From Candidatus Gottesmanbacteria bacterium RBG_16_52_11 (GTDB lineage Bacteria > Patescibacteriota > Microgenomatia > UBA10105 > UBA927): a stretch of DNA of 64,000 nucleotides. Within the stretch, counting starts at the first letter, position 1. Each line of letters opens with the position of its first letter. The translations under genes were made by a program, and so were the position numbers. The notes beneath the pieces were generated by a model. It searched no databases and had not been told where the DNA came from. It was given only the letters and a program-made list of their open reading frames with translations. Below, in pieces: positions 17,908 to 27,773 of this stretch. Where the stretch lies: assembly GCA_001779095.1 (NCBI GenBank), contig MFJD01000004.1:173031-237030 (forward strand), written 5' to 3'.

Positions 17908-20069
17908 AACGAACCGTATCAGCGGTTTTCCTGTTTGCCATCCTGTCTGCAATACTTCTCTGGCCGGCACTGGCGGCGCCGGACGGGATGATGCTTGCGG
18001 GTTATGACCTCCGGAGGTACTTCTATTTCATATACCGCTTCTGGAACGAAGCGATCGGAAGGAGGGAATTCCCGTGGTGGAACCCATATCTTTTCAACGG
18101 AATCCCGTTTGCCGCCAATCCGAAATCCGGCGTCTGGTATCCGCTTAACTGGATACTGGCAGCCGGTCCGGTGCCCCGGGCATTTGCAATCTATATTTGG
18201 TTTCACCTTGTTATTGCGATGACCGGGATGTACCGGCTGTTAAAGCTGAACCTGAAGACTTCCGGACTTCCGGCAGCAGCGGGGGGCGTGCTTTTCGGAT
18301 TGTCGGGATTCTTCGGGGCGAAGATATTCATCGGCGGGCTGGATATGATCGCCGCGGCAAGTTACATACCCTGGGTATTCGGTGCCTGGTGGCCTTTTCT
18401 TACCGGAACCGGCAGTATCAGGCGCCGGCAGCTGATGTATCCGGTGATTGTCACAGTAGTCCAGTTTGTCAGCGGATACCAGACGATATCGCTTTTTACC
18501 TGGATGTCGCTGGTACTGGCGTCATTGGTAGTTGCCGCAGCCAGAAGAACCGTCAAACCGTTAATCAGGATAGTACTCGGTCTGGCTGCTACTGCGGGAT
18601 TTTTGGGATTCACCCTGCTGCCTAACCGGGAATACCTCATATTAAGTCTGCGCAGCCGGGACATGTCATATGAAAGGTCGGCTCAGGGAGCCCTCACGCC
18701 GGAGCTTCTGGCGGAGCTGGTCCGGCCGGATGCTTTCGGCGGACCGGCGGGGAACACCGGACCGATGCAGTTTTTCTGGGAACGGGCGGGATACATCGGT
18801 GTAATCGGTCTGGTTTTGGCGGTTACGACGTTCTTAATTACCTTACTTCCAGCGCGTCTTGTCGGATCAGTCAGGTTATTCAGGGAATCAGGCAACCGAT
18901 TGCCGGTTCTGATTTTTTCCCTGACTGCGGTACTGGCGGTATGGATCAGCCTCGGGCCGAATGCACCGGTTGACATGTTCGAGGTTTTCTACCGGATTAA
19001 TCCCGTCTACCGGGGCATCCGGATACCGGCAAGGCACATGGTGCTGTTTACTTTTTCCGCCAGTGCCCTTGCCGGGCTTCTGCTGTCGCGGATCCGCCGG
19101 AAGGGAATTGTGCTTTGTATTCTGATATTGGCAACATTGGAACTGCTGCCGGCAGGCCGGAAATACGTGGAGCTTGCTCCGACACCAGCGGCGAAAGCCG
19201 ACCGCGAACTGGTTAGCTTACTGGTAAGCGATCCGGGAGTAAACCGGCTGATGGTTAATTATCCGCACGTATCCTACCCGACTGACAGTCTGGACACGAA
19301 CCAGGTATTGGAATTCCAAATCCGCTCGACCAACGGATATGAAACCGGGCAGCTCCGGGCAATTTACGAACTGGCGGAAATATTAAACGGCAATCCGGTG
19401 ACCGGTAATGAGTCGGACGCCCAGGTGCCGGTAATCGAACGGCCGGACCTGCCGTTCAGCAATGTTCTGGGCGGGACTTATGTTCTCGTTGATGCGTCCG
19501 ACGATCCGGTTACCCGAAGCGGAGTATCCGGGTATATTCCGCTGACAGACAGGACAGACCGTCCCTACCGGCTATACCGCAACCCCGCCGCGGCTCCCCG
19601 GCATTATCTGGTTACGGAATCCGACAATGTGCAGAGCTCAGAGGTATTTACAGCCGCGGTCAGGGATCCTGCGTTCAGTCTGGGCGACAAAGTAATTGGC
19701 TACCCCGATGCCTTACCACCCCTTGAAACAACCGGCTTCTGCAATCCATACGGCCGGGTAGAGACGTTATCATCAACGCTGAACAGCGTGACCGTGGCAG
19801 TTGACACCGGTTGTCCGGCTTATCTGGTTTCCACGGAGACGATGTATCCGGGATGGCGGGCATGGATTGACGGAACGGAAATTCCGGTATATTCGGCAAA
19901 CGGCGCTTTCCGGACTATCATCATCCCCCCGGGCAGCAGTATTGTCCGGTTTGAATTCTTCCCGCGAAGCTTCGTAGGCGGATCGATGCTGACGGTACTT
20001 ACGCTGGTAGTGCTTATACTGTTGCCGGGGAATACGGGTAATTTGCGAACCGTCCGGAACCGGTTATAA
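17904..20069 (+). CDS. YfhO-family membrane glycosyltransferase (GT-C)
   Basis: AGYDLRRY, PWWNPYLFNGIPF and C-terminal YPGWRAWIDG...IPPGSSIV. Confidence 0.85.
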   Translation: MKRTVSAVFLFAILSAILLWPALAAPDGMMLAGYDLRRYFYFIYRFWNEAIGRREFPWWNPYLFNGIPFAANPKSGVWYPLNWILAAGPVPRAFAIYIWFHLVIAMTGMYRLLKLNLKTSGLPAAAGGVLFGLSGFFGAKIFIGGLDMIAAASYIPWVFGAWWPFLTGTGSIRRRQLMYPVIVTVVQFVSGYQTISLFTWMSLVLASLVVAAARRTVKPLIRIVLGLAATAGFLGFTLLPNREYLILSLRSRDMSYERSAQGALTPELLAELVRPDAFGGPAGNTGPMQFFWERAGYIGVIGLVLAVTTFLITLLPARLVGSVRLFRESGNRLPVLIFSLTAVLAVWISLGPNAPVDMFEVFYRINPVYRGIRIPARHMVLFTFSASALAGLLLSRIRRKGIVLCILILATLELLPAGRKYVELAPTPAAKADRELVSLLVSDPGVNRLMVNYPHVSYPTDSLDTNQVLEFQIRSTNGYETGQLRAIYELAEILNGNPVTGNESDAQVPVIERPDLPFSNVLGGTYVLVDASDDPVTRSGVSGYIPLTDRTDRPYRLYRNPAAAPRHYLVTESDNVQSSEVFTAAVRDPAFSLGDKVIGYPDALPPLETTGFCNPYGRVETLSSTLNSVTVAVDTGCPAYLVSTETMYPGWRAWIDGTEIPVYSANGAFRTIIIPPGSSIVRFEFFPRSFVGGSMLTVLTLVVLILLPGNTGNLRTVRNRL

Positions 20070-20077
20070 TCTCTATC

Positions 20078-20986
20078 ATGGCAGTCAGTCTTAATAGGCC
20101 ACCTCAGCTGAACTCCGGACAGCTCCGGGAAAAAGCCCGCGAAGTCGCACTATCGGTACTCGACATATCATACCGCAACCGGATAGGCCACGTCGGATCG
20201 GCGCTGTCGATTTCGGACATACTGACTGCACTTTACTTTACCCGGTTGCGGATCAACCGGAAGACACTTGACCATCCCGAGCGCGACCGCTTCATCCTGT
20301 CGAAAGGCCACGCCGCCGCGGCGCTTTACGCCGCTCTTTACCATCGGGGAATACTGGATAAACGGGAGTTTGATTCGTTCGGGTGTGACGGGGGCTTATG
20401 CGAACATCCGGAAATTAAGGATCCCGGTGTGGAAATGACAGCCGGCAGCCTGGGACACGGGCTGGCGTTCGGAGCGGGAATCGCCCTGGGACTCCGGAAG
20501 AAGTATGCAGTATCCGGTATCCGGTATACAGTATCAAATCCAAAAAATATTCGGAATACTGAATACCGAACACGGAATACTTTCCCTCATGTCTTCGTGC
20601 TGATCTCGGACGGGGAATGCGGGGAAGGATCGGTATGGGAAGCGGCGTTATTCGCCTCCCGGATGGGTCTTGACAACCTGACGGCAATCCTTGACTACAA
20701 CGGCTGGCAGTGTTTCGGGCGCGTCAAAGACATTACGCCGTTGGAGCCGGTCGGGGATAAATGGCGGTCATTCGGATGGGACGCTGTCGAGGTTAACGGG
20801 CATGATACGACAGCACTGGCCGGTGTTTTCCGGAGCCCCAACCTGTCAGGGAAACCCCGGATAATTATCGCCCGGACCGTATCGGGCAAAGGCGTACCGG
20901 CCATCGAAAACCAGCTGATCGGCCACTATAAAGTTTTCACCGAAGCGGAGTACCTTACCGGGCGTCAGGAATTACTCAGCCACTGA
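20078..20986 (+). CDS. Transketolase N-terminal (ThDP-binding) subunit with a repeat-derived insertion of about 24 aa
   Basis: GHVGSALS, DRFILSKGHA, GSLGHG, ISDGECGEGSVWE, DYNGWQ, TVSGKG. Confidence 0.92.
   Translation: MAVSLNRPPQLNSGQLREKAREVALSVLDISYRNRIGHVGSALSISDILTALYFTRLRINRKTLDHPERDRFILSKGHAAAALYAALYHRGILDKREFDSFGCDGGLCEHPEIKDPGVEMTAGSLGHGLAFGAGIALGLRKKYAVSGIRYTVSNPKNIRNTEYRTRNTFPHVFVLISDGECGEGSVWEAALFASRMGLDNLTAILDYNGWQCFGRVKDITPLEPVGDKWRSFGWDAVEVNGHDTTALAGVFRSPNLSGKPRIIIARTVSGKGVPAIENQLIGHYKVFTEAEYLTGRQELLSH
20503..20581. repeat. Inverted heptamer arrays (GTATNCN x5 ... GAATACN x4) in frame inside the transketolase gene
   Basis: GTATGCA GTATCCG GTATCCG GTATACA GTATCAA, a spacer, then GAATACT GAATACC GAACACG GAATACT, which is the same motif in reverse-complement orientation. 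Confidence 0.85.
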
Positions 20987-23233
20987 TTTCAGGCGGCGCG
21001 TCCGGACTGAAAATGCAAGCAATCCAAGAATTCCCAGAACTGCTTCGGTCAGATATATCAGCGGACTGTAGACGCTCCGGACAAACGGCCGGTATTCAAG
21101 GTGCACGGTATGCATTCCCGGGTTGATCTGCACAGCCGATGCGGCAATGTTTGCCCGGATCAAAGGCCTGCTGACACCATCAACCCGGATTTGCCATAAC
21201 GGATCGTACAAAAGTTTGAAGAAAAGGTATCCCCTGTCGGGAGCAGAAATCTCCAGACGGTGACCGTTATAACCCCACTTAAGCCAGCGGTAGGAAAAGC
21301 CATCGGTTTTTGCTTCCGTATTGTAAATATCAGGCGGATCGGCGGGCAACGGTTCCGAAACCAGTATGGCACCCCGCTTAAGCGGTTCCGAAAACAGATC
21401 AACCGTGACAGCCGGGTCGGCTATACCGGCGCTTTTGACAGTTTCAGTGACAAACTCGACCGGTGGACCGGCGGTAGTGCGGTTATAAAACCATCCGGGT
21501 AACTGCCTGATAGTACCCAGCTGAACGTTTTCCAAATATATTGAATTGTCCGGCCAGATGTAGTTAAGAAGCGGCAGGTTGGCGATAATGGCTCCGGCAA
21601 ATCCCTGCTCCGGGTCGGTTTTCCAGGATTGGGAGAGAATTTGTTTCTGACTATCAACCAGCGGAGTAAAGCCGGCGTTAACCAGGTACTGGCCTTCGGT
21701 AAATGCCCGGTCCCGGTTTTCGATATCGCGATAGTAGCGGACCCCGTCAATCCCCACGGCAGCAATCAGAAGCGTGATGACGGCAATCCCGCGGGTGCGG
21801 TAACGGAGAAACAGTAGCGCCACGGTGCCGGCTTGAGCTAAGACCGCGAAAGTCAGAACTTCCGGTACGCGGGGGACAGTTCTCAGAAGCGGTGATGAAG
21901 TAATGATGCTTAATAAAGTGATTAAGACCGTACCGGATACTACGGTCAGCCACTTAACTGCCTGCCGGGAAGAATTCATGACTTGACCGCGGAGAAACCG
22001 GGAGATAAATGAACCGGCCAGAAGCAGCAGTACCAGCTGCAGACTCCAGGTGTTGTACTGGCTGATCTGGCGGATACGGTCGGTAAACGGCGTAATCCGG
22101 ATAAGCACGGCTGTCAGCGGGGTTCCGGCACAGATTGCAGACATAGCGACCACGACGGTCAACAGTGCCAATTCCCGCCTTTTCCAGCCGACGAGGAAGG
22201 ACAGTAATATCCCGGGCAGTACCAAAAGTCCCAGGTACCTGGTCGCGTGGACCACATTGGCTGACGGATTAATGATTTCCGATACGTGAGGGAAAGGATT
22301 AACGAGTCCGGCGTAGAACCTGCGGATATCCGGTGCATCTTCCAGAATCTGTGATTCCGAATTGCGGACCTCTCCGAGACTCGTCCGGATATACTTATCA
22401 GACTGTTCACGGACAATCGTGGCGTATACCACCAGCCAGAAAAGTATGATACCAGCGACCGTAAGCGTCATGACCGTACCCGGAAATGATTTTTTCCTGA
22501 AGTAAGTAAGGAATGCCCCGGCAATTTTCCGGAAGTAAAAGACCCCGGCAACCAGTATTAGAACACCCCAGAACCAGAGGTTATTGACGGTCCAGTAGTT
22601 AAATGTCGCGCCCTGGTAAAGGATGCCCAGGAGAAACAGATAAAAATTTCCCGTGGTGGGCTTTTTCACGAATGACACGGAAGACCAGAGAAGGAGGAAT
22701 ACGGCAATGGTCTCGGAATAGGAAAACCAGGAATTCAGCCAAGCAGCCATGCTGGTGAAGAAGTAGGTAGCGGCTAACATTACGGTCGTTAAGCGGTGGC
22801 GGAACAGGGTCATAACCAGGGCGGTAAAAAACACCAGTGACAGAAAGGGGTACAGCAGATACTGAAGTACCAGATACTGGAAATATTCGGCAACGGGATA
22901 CCCAAGCAGTGTCAGGAACCGTACAATCTGCGACCAGATATGCACAATCGGGGAGGAGGCCAGGGGTGAAGGCGGCATGATGAATGACTGGAAATACAGG
23001 GCAAAGCCGTCGGGAGCAGCCGGGCTCCAGTATGCCGGTTCACCGGATAATTCAAGCGAATGGATAGTCGGTCCGAAGTATGCCAGTCCGCCGGACATGT
23101 CGTGGCCGGGGATCTGTTTCAGTTCGAAGAATGCCCGGTCATAGGCCAGAAATCTGAGAAGGATCAGGCCGGCAGACAGTAGTATGACAAAAAGGGTGTC
23201 GTTCCCCTGGATTTTCCTCATCACCGGCCGCAT
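20972..23233 (-). CDS. Divergent YfhO-like membrane protein (probable GT-C)
   Basis: PGHDM first loop, multi-TM body, YfhO-type C-terminus LYDPLWQIRVDG...INPGMHTVHLEY. TGCTATGAT lies 6 nt before the ATG. Confidence 0.7.
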   Translation of the reverse strand: MRPVMRKIQGNDTLFVILLSAGLILLRFLAYDRAFFELKQIPGHDMSGGLAYFGPTIHSLELSGEPAYWSPAAPDGFALYFQSFIMPPSPLASSPIVHIWSQIVRFLTLLGYPVAEYFQYLVLQYLLYPFLSLVFFTALVMTLFRHRLTTVMLAATYFFTSMAAWLNSWFSYSETIAVFLLLWSSVSFVKKPTTGNFYLFLLGILYQGATFNYWTVNNLWFWGVLILVAGVFYFRKIAGAFLTYFRKKSFPGTVMTLTVAGIILFWLVVYATIVREQSDKYIRTSLGEVRNSESQILEDAPDIRRFYAGLVNPFPHVSEIINPSANVVHATRYLGLLVLPGILLSFLVGWKRRELALLTVVVAMSAICAGTPLTAVLIRITPFTDRIRQISQYNTWSLQLVLLLLAGSFISRFLRGQVMNSSRQAVKWLTVVSGTVLITLLSIITSSPLLRTVPRVPEVLTFAVLAQAGTVALLFLRYRTRGIAVITLLIAAVGIDGVRYYRDIENRDRAFTEGQYLVNAGFTPLVDSQKQILSQSWKTDPEQGFAGAIIANLPLLNYIWPDNSIYLENVQLGTIRQLPGWFYNRTTAGPPVEFVTETVKSAGIADPAVTVDLFSEPLKRGAILVSEPLPADPPDIYNTEAKTDGFSYRWLKWGYNGHRLEISAPDRGYLFFKLLYDPLWQIRVDGVSRPLIRANIAASAVQINPGMHTVHLEYRPFVRSVYSPLIYLTEAVLGILGLLAFSVRTRRLKSVAE

Positions 23234-23315
23234 GCGCCTATCATAGCACGGGAGGCGGGCCGGTCTTGCACAAGCCGCCGGCTATGGGCGATAATACGTG
23301 CTTGTCATACCTGTT

Positions 23316-24248
23316 ATGAGAGCAGCATTTATCAGGGCGTTGTCCCGTGCGGCGGAGAAGGATTCCCGGATCATGCTGATAACCGGTGATTTGGGATACC
23401 GATATCTCGAGCCATTCGCCGAAAAGTTTCCCGACCGATACCTCAATATCGGGGTTGCGGAAGCCAATCTGGTAACGGTAGCCGCAGGACTGGCGACTAC
23501 CGGTTTCATACCGTTTGTGTATTCAATTGCCACGTTCGCCAGCATGCGGGCATTCGAACAGATCCGCAATGATGTCAGCCTCCAGAATCTGAATGTGAAA
23601 ATTGTCGGCATCGGGGCCGGATTTGCCTATACCAAAGCCGGACCGACCCACCATTCGGTGGAGGATATTGCGCTGATACGGACACTGCCGAATATAACGG
23701 TAATCGCGCCGGTTGATACCAACCAGGCGTACAGCGCGACAATTGCGGCAGCCAAACACCGCGGTCCGGTGTATCTTCGGCTCGGCAGGAATCCGGAAAG
23801 CGGGGTATTTGCCAAACCACCGCCTTTCACCATAGGCAAAGGGACGGTTATTTCCGGCGGAAAGGATATGGCAATCCTGGCAACCGGCACCACTGTGGGA
23901 CTAGCCCATGAAATAGCCGGAAAGATATCCGGAGTGGTAAAATCACCGACCATTGCCGTTTTCCCCTCCATAGTTCCGTTGGATCATGCGCTACTGCGAA
24001 CACTGGTGCGCGGGCACAGAATTTGGGTGACGGTGGAAGAGCACCGCCAGAGCGGCGGATTCGGTACGGCCGTCGGCGAGTGGTTGCTGACTCAGACAGG
24101 CAAAATTCCGCGTCTGGTCAAAGCCGGTGCCCGGGATGCACATTCCCAATTGTCTGCTGAACATAAGGAACTGATGAAGGAAGCGGGCTTAACCACCGGT
24201 GATGTTGCCAGGCGGATACGAGCTACTTTGCGGAGTCAGAGAAGGTAA
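23316..24248 (+). CDS. Transketolase C-terminal (pyrimidine-binding/C-terminal) subunit
   Basis: TGDLG, NIGVAEAN, RAFEQIRND, GPTHHSVED, GPVYLRL, TVEEH..SGGFG. Confidence 0.92.
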   Translation: MRAAFIRALSRAAEKDSRIMLITGDLGYRYLEPFAEKFPDRYLNIGVAEANLVTVAAGLATTGFIPFVYSIATFASMRAFEQIRNDVSLQNLNVKIVGIGAGFAYTKAGPTHHSVEDIALIRTLPNITVIAPVDTNQAYSATIAAAKHRGPVYLRLGRNPESGVFAKPPPFTIGKGTVISGGKDMAILATGTTVGLAHEIAGKISGVVKSPTIAVFPSIVPLDHALLRTLVRGHRIWVTVEEHRQSGGFGTAVGEWLLTQTGKIPRLVKAGARDAHSQLSAEHKELMKEAGLTTGDVARRIRATLRSQRR

Positions 24249-24260
24249 AGGGATTTTAGA

Positions 24261-24299
24261 GTATTCAGTATGCAGTTTACGGTACAAAGCATACTGAAT
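24261..24299. terminator. Heptamer-derived hairpin between convergent genes; possible terminator
   Basis: GTATTCA GTATGCA GTTTACG GTACAAA. ATTCAGTATGC (24263-24273) pairs with GCATACTGAAT (24289-24299). Confidence 0.45.
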
Positions 24300-24363
24300 T
24301 CGTTCACCGTTGACTGATTTTTCCGGAGGTGTCTACCTGGTACACTCGACGAGTGTGCAATTA

Positions 24364-24651
24364 TTACGCGCTTAAGACGGTGGTCAGGCCGGCGCGGATG
24401 GCATCGGTGGCGTGGTGAGTGCGGTCACGGTCTTCGTCTTTGGCATCCTTGTCGATATTATCGAGTTCGGTCATGACTTTGTCATTAAACTCCGTCTGTA
24501 TCTCCGCCTGCTTGGCATCGAATTCATCAATGATCGACTCAAGCTCTTTAAGATCGGAAAGCGTAAGAGCATCAAGTGAAGCCAGAATTTCCACTTTGTC
24601 ATCATCTTCAAAAAGCCCGGTATTTTTTATTTTCTGCTTCAGTTCATCCAT
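24364..24651 (-). CDS. Small acidic helical hypothetical protein
   Basis: 95-aa D/E-rich ORF with an ATG start 3 nt after the stop of the upstream gene. Confidence 0.7.
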   Translation of the reverse strand: MDELKQKIKNTGLFEDDDKVEILASLDALTLSDLKELESIIDEFDAKQAEIQTEFNDKVMTELDNIDKDAKDEDRDRTHHATDAIRAGLTTVLSA

Positions 24652-24654
24652 AGT

Positions 24655-25389
24655 TTAAAGTTGCTGGAATCCGGCGACCATATTTCTAAACCCGGATACG
24701 ACAACCGGATTAACCAGCCGGAGCGGATTAATCTGCCTGTCCACCGATCCCCTCGGAAGCTTCATCCGCGCGTTATATTCGTCAACTGATTCATCGATTC
24801 TGTGTTTAATCCAACTTTTCTTACTAACCGGTTTCTCCGGGAGGAAGGTATCCAGCCGGGTCCGTTGGTTTCTGCCGAAGATTTCAAATAAGCTGGAAAT
24901 CATGAAGTCGGACTTTTTGGCGTGGGGCATGGTCCGTTCGAAATGATTAATGAGTGCGTTATAGCCAAGTCCGACGGCAACATCCTGCGCCAGATTGCTG
25001 AAATCTTTGTTCGGAGTGTACCTCAGTTTGAGTCTTTCCATCACCAGACCGATACCGACGCCGACTGCAGTCTGTTTGGCACCGGCCACGAACTGATCAT
25101 TCTGTTTGAGTGCGCCTAATTTCTCGCCTGCCCTCTGCCGCAGGTCAGCCAGTTTAGACTTGGCATCATTAGTAATTGATATGAAGGAGTCCCGGAACCG
25201 CTTCTGATTGGGTGTCTCAGGCAAATCAGGCGCCTCCTGTTGAGTCACGGTTTCCGACTTCACAGGTGCTTCCGCAGGCGGGAGAACCTCGGATTGTGCA
25301 GGTGATTCCGGTATAGCAGCCGGAGTTTCCGGTGTTTCGGCCCTCTGTTCGAGCTGCTGGATGGGTGTTTCGCCGGTATTTTCCGCCAT
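24655..25389 (-). CDS. Hypothetical protein with a disordered Pro/Glu-rich N-terminus
   Basis: ORF fills the gap; ATG 25389 preferred; no family recognised. Confidence 0.65.
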   Translation of the reverse strand: MAENTGETPIQQLEQRAETPETPAAIPESPAQSEVLPPAEAPVKSETVTQQEAPDLPETPNQKRFRDSFISITNDAKSKLADLRQRAGEKLGALKQNDQFVAGAKQTAVGVGIGLVMERLKLRYTPNKDFSNLAQDVAVGLGYNALINHFERTMPHAKKSDFMISSLFEIFGRNQRTRLDTFLPEKPVSKKSWIKHRIDESVDEYNARMKLPRGSVDRQINPLRLVNPVVVSGFRNMVAGFQQL

Positions 25390-25469
25390 AGATCTTATTT
25401 CCAGAGTGTCAGAAAACGGCGGAGTTGTCAACCTGTCAGCCTGCCTGTGATATATTGGAGCGGTCAGGT

Positions 25470-26729
25470 ATGAGACTCCGTATTAATTCCATTCTATCCG
25501 GCCGGTACCTGTTTATCCTCCTGTTGGTTATGGGATTAATCTACCGGATAATCTTCGCGTCACTATCTGATTCCGGACTGTTCTGGGACATGGAGAGGTA
25601 CCACGGATTTGCCGTCGATATCCTATCGGGGAGATGGGCCGCCGACTGCTGCAACAAGAACGTCGGGTACGGCGCCTTCCTGGCCGGAATCTACGCAGTT
25701 TTCGGTCTGAACAACCTGACTGCGGTCAGACTCATTCAGGTGGCAGCCGATCTGGCAGTATCGGTATTTGTCTATCTGACTGCCGGGCGGCTGTTCGGAA
25801 GAAGGGAAGCCATGATAGCTTTCATCATCTACCTGACTAATCCCGTCACGTCATCCTATACGGGACTTCGGCTTCCGGAAAGCTTGTCTCTACTGGTGCT
25901 GTCACTTCTCGGATATATCTTTACTCTGCCGGGTTTCAAAACTAAGCCGGGATTATGGATCAGTACGGGATTGCTCCTTGGGGTATTTCTTTTCATACGG
26001 CAGAGTTTTTACCTCTTTGTCCTGGCATTTATGGCATTGGGTGCGTTTCTGTTTTTCCGCAGACTGAAACGGATTGCCTTCCTGGCGGCCGCCCTGGGGG
26101 GATTTTTCGCTGTATCCTGGTATACCCTGGCCGCCAATTATGCTGTGTTTAACAAAATCAGCCTGGTAGCTCCATACCATGCCTCGTACAGCAATATGTA
26201 CTACCAGTTTTACCAGCCGGGTCGCTGGCCGGAACTGACCCGATTCATGCCCCAGGTGGATCCCAGACTGACAGCCATTGTTCTTGAATATTATGCCACC
26301 CCCGATACACAGAAGGACGGTTACGAACGGAAATACAAACGGCTGTTCCTGGAACGGTTAAAAACCGATTGGCCGTTATACCTCCGCATCTGGGCGAGAA
26401 ATGCATATCTTCTTTGGGATAAGGAATACCTTTTTACTTATACCGATCGGTTCTACCCGGCTGACCGGTGGCCGGTCCGGATATATAATACGGCTTTTCT
26501 GGCCCTGTTTTTCGGTGGTTTGGTAAAGTATGCATTACATAATAGGAAGCGGGTAATGAATGACCCGCTGTTGGTATTCGTACTGATGCTTATGGGTTAT
26601 ATAACATTTACTTTCAGCCTGGTATCCAATGAGAGCCGGCATACTGTGGTATGTTATGCGTATGCCGCAATCTGGGCCGGTTACACACTGGCAAAATTAA
26701 TTCCTGAAAAAGCCCAAATTCAGACATAA
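25470..26729 (+). CDS. ArnT/PMT-like (GT83/GT39-type) membrane glycosyltransferase
   Basis: FWDMERY first loop, GYGAFLA, AVRLIQ, LPESL, NESRH; paralog of the genes at 58516 and 61635. Confidence 0.8.
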   Translation: MRLRINSILSGRYLFILLLVMGLIYRIIFASLSDSGLFWDMERYHGFAVDILSGRWAADCCNKNVGYGAFLAGIYAVFGLNNLTAVRLIQVAADLAVSVFVYLTAGRLFGRREAMIAFIIYLTNPVTSSYTGLRLPESLSLLVLSLLGYIFTLPGFKTKPGLWISTGLLLGVFLFIRQSFYLFVLAFMALGAFLFFRRLKRIAFLAAALGGFFAVSWYTLAANYAVFNKISLVAPYHASYSNMYYQFYQPGRWPELTRFMPQVDPRLTAIVLEYYATPDTQKDGYERKYKRLFLERLKTDWPLYLRIWARNAYLLWDKEYLFTYTDRFYPADRWPVRIYNTAFLALFFGGLVKYALHNRKRVMNDPLLVFVLMLMGYITFTFSLVSNESRHTVVCYAYAAIWAGYTLAKLIPEKAQIQT

Positions 26730-26731
26730 CC

Positions 26732-27721
26732 ATGTATACACTGGTGACCGGGGGTGCCGGATTTATAGGGAGTCATCTAACCGAGCGGTTGCTCCGGGAC
26801 GGACACACCGTCACGGTACTGGATAACTATTCCACCGGCCGGAAAGAGAACCTGGCACAACTGGCGAATTTCAAAAATCTGAAGGTTGTTGAAACGGATA
26901 TCTCCCGCGGTATAGTACCGATTGAAAAATATTTCCGGGAAGTTGACTGGGTGTTCCACCTGGCGGCACTGGCTGACATCGTCCCGTCAATCGTCAATCC
27001 GGTGGGATATTTCCGGGCGAATGTCGACGGCACCATGCATGTGCTTGAAGCCTGCCGGAAGCATAAAGTGAAACGGATTATCTATGCCGCTTCCTCGTCC
27101 TGTTACGGAATCGCGGACATAATTCCCACTCCGGAAACCGCCCCGATCCGTCCCCAGTACCCTTATGCGCTGACTAAATACCTGGGGGAGTGTGCGGTCC
27201 TTCACTGGGGCAAGGTCTACAAACTTCCGGTGGTGTCCCTGCGGATGTTTAACGTTTACGGGCCCCGCTCCAGAACCGGCGGTACATACGGGGCGGTTTT
27301 CGGCACTTTCCTAGCCCAGAAACTGGCCGGCAAACCCTTTACCATCGTGGGTGACGGTACCCAGACCCGGGATTTTACGTATGTAACCGATGTAGTTGAC
27401 GCGTTTCTGGCTGCGGCAAAATCCGACAACCAAAATGAAATCTTCAACGTCGGCAGCGACCACACCTACAGTGTCAACCGGCTGGTAAAACTGCTGGGCG
27501 GTCCCAGAGTCCGGATTCCCAAGCGGCCGGGCGAACCGGATGTGACCTATGCCGATATCTCAAAAATCAAGCGGATGCTGGGATGGAAACCGCAAGTCAG
27601 TTTCGAAACCGGAGTAGGGGAGATTCTCAAACACATAGACTACTGGAGGAAGGCGCCGGTCTGGACGCCGGATTCAATCGAGAAAGCCACCCGGGACTGG
27701 TTCAGGTATCTGGGTAAATAA
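26732..27721 (+). CDS. Extended SDR nucleotide-sugar epimerase/dehydratase
   Basis: TGGAGFIG, HLAALADIVPS, AASSSCYG, YALTK, RMFNVYGP, QTRDFTYV. Confidence 0.92.
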   Translation: MYTLVTGGAGFIGSHLTERLLRDGHTVTVLDNYSTGRKENLAQLANFKNLKVVETDISRGIVPIEKYFREVDWVFHLAALADIVPSIVNPVGYFRANVDGTMHVLEACRKHKVKRIIYAASSSCYGIADIIPTPETAPIRPQYPYALTKYLGECAVLHWGKVYKLPVVSLRMFNVYGPRSRTGGTYGAVFGTFLAQKLAGKPFTIVGDGTQTRDFTYVTDVVDAFLAAAKSDNQNEIFNVGSDHTYSVNRLVKLLGGPRVRIPKRPGEPDVTYADISKIKRMLGWKPQVSFETGVGEILKHIDYWRKAPVWTPDSIEKATRDWFRYLGK

Positions 27722-27773
27722 CTCGCCTTTCCGGCTGTTGTGCTCATCCTGAATCCGCCCTATGATGGTTCCT

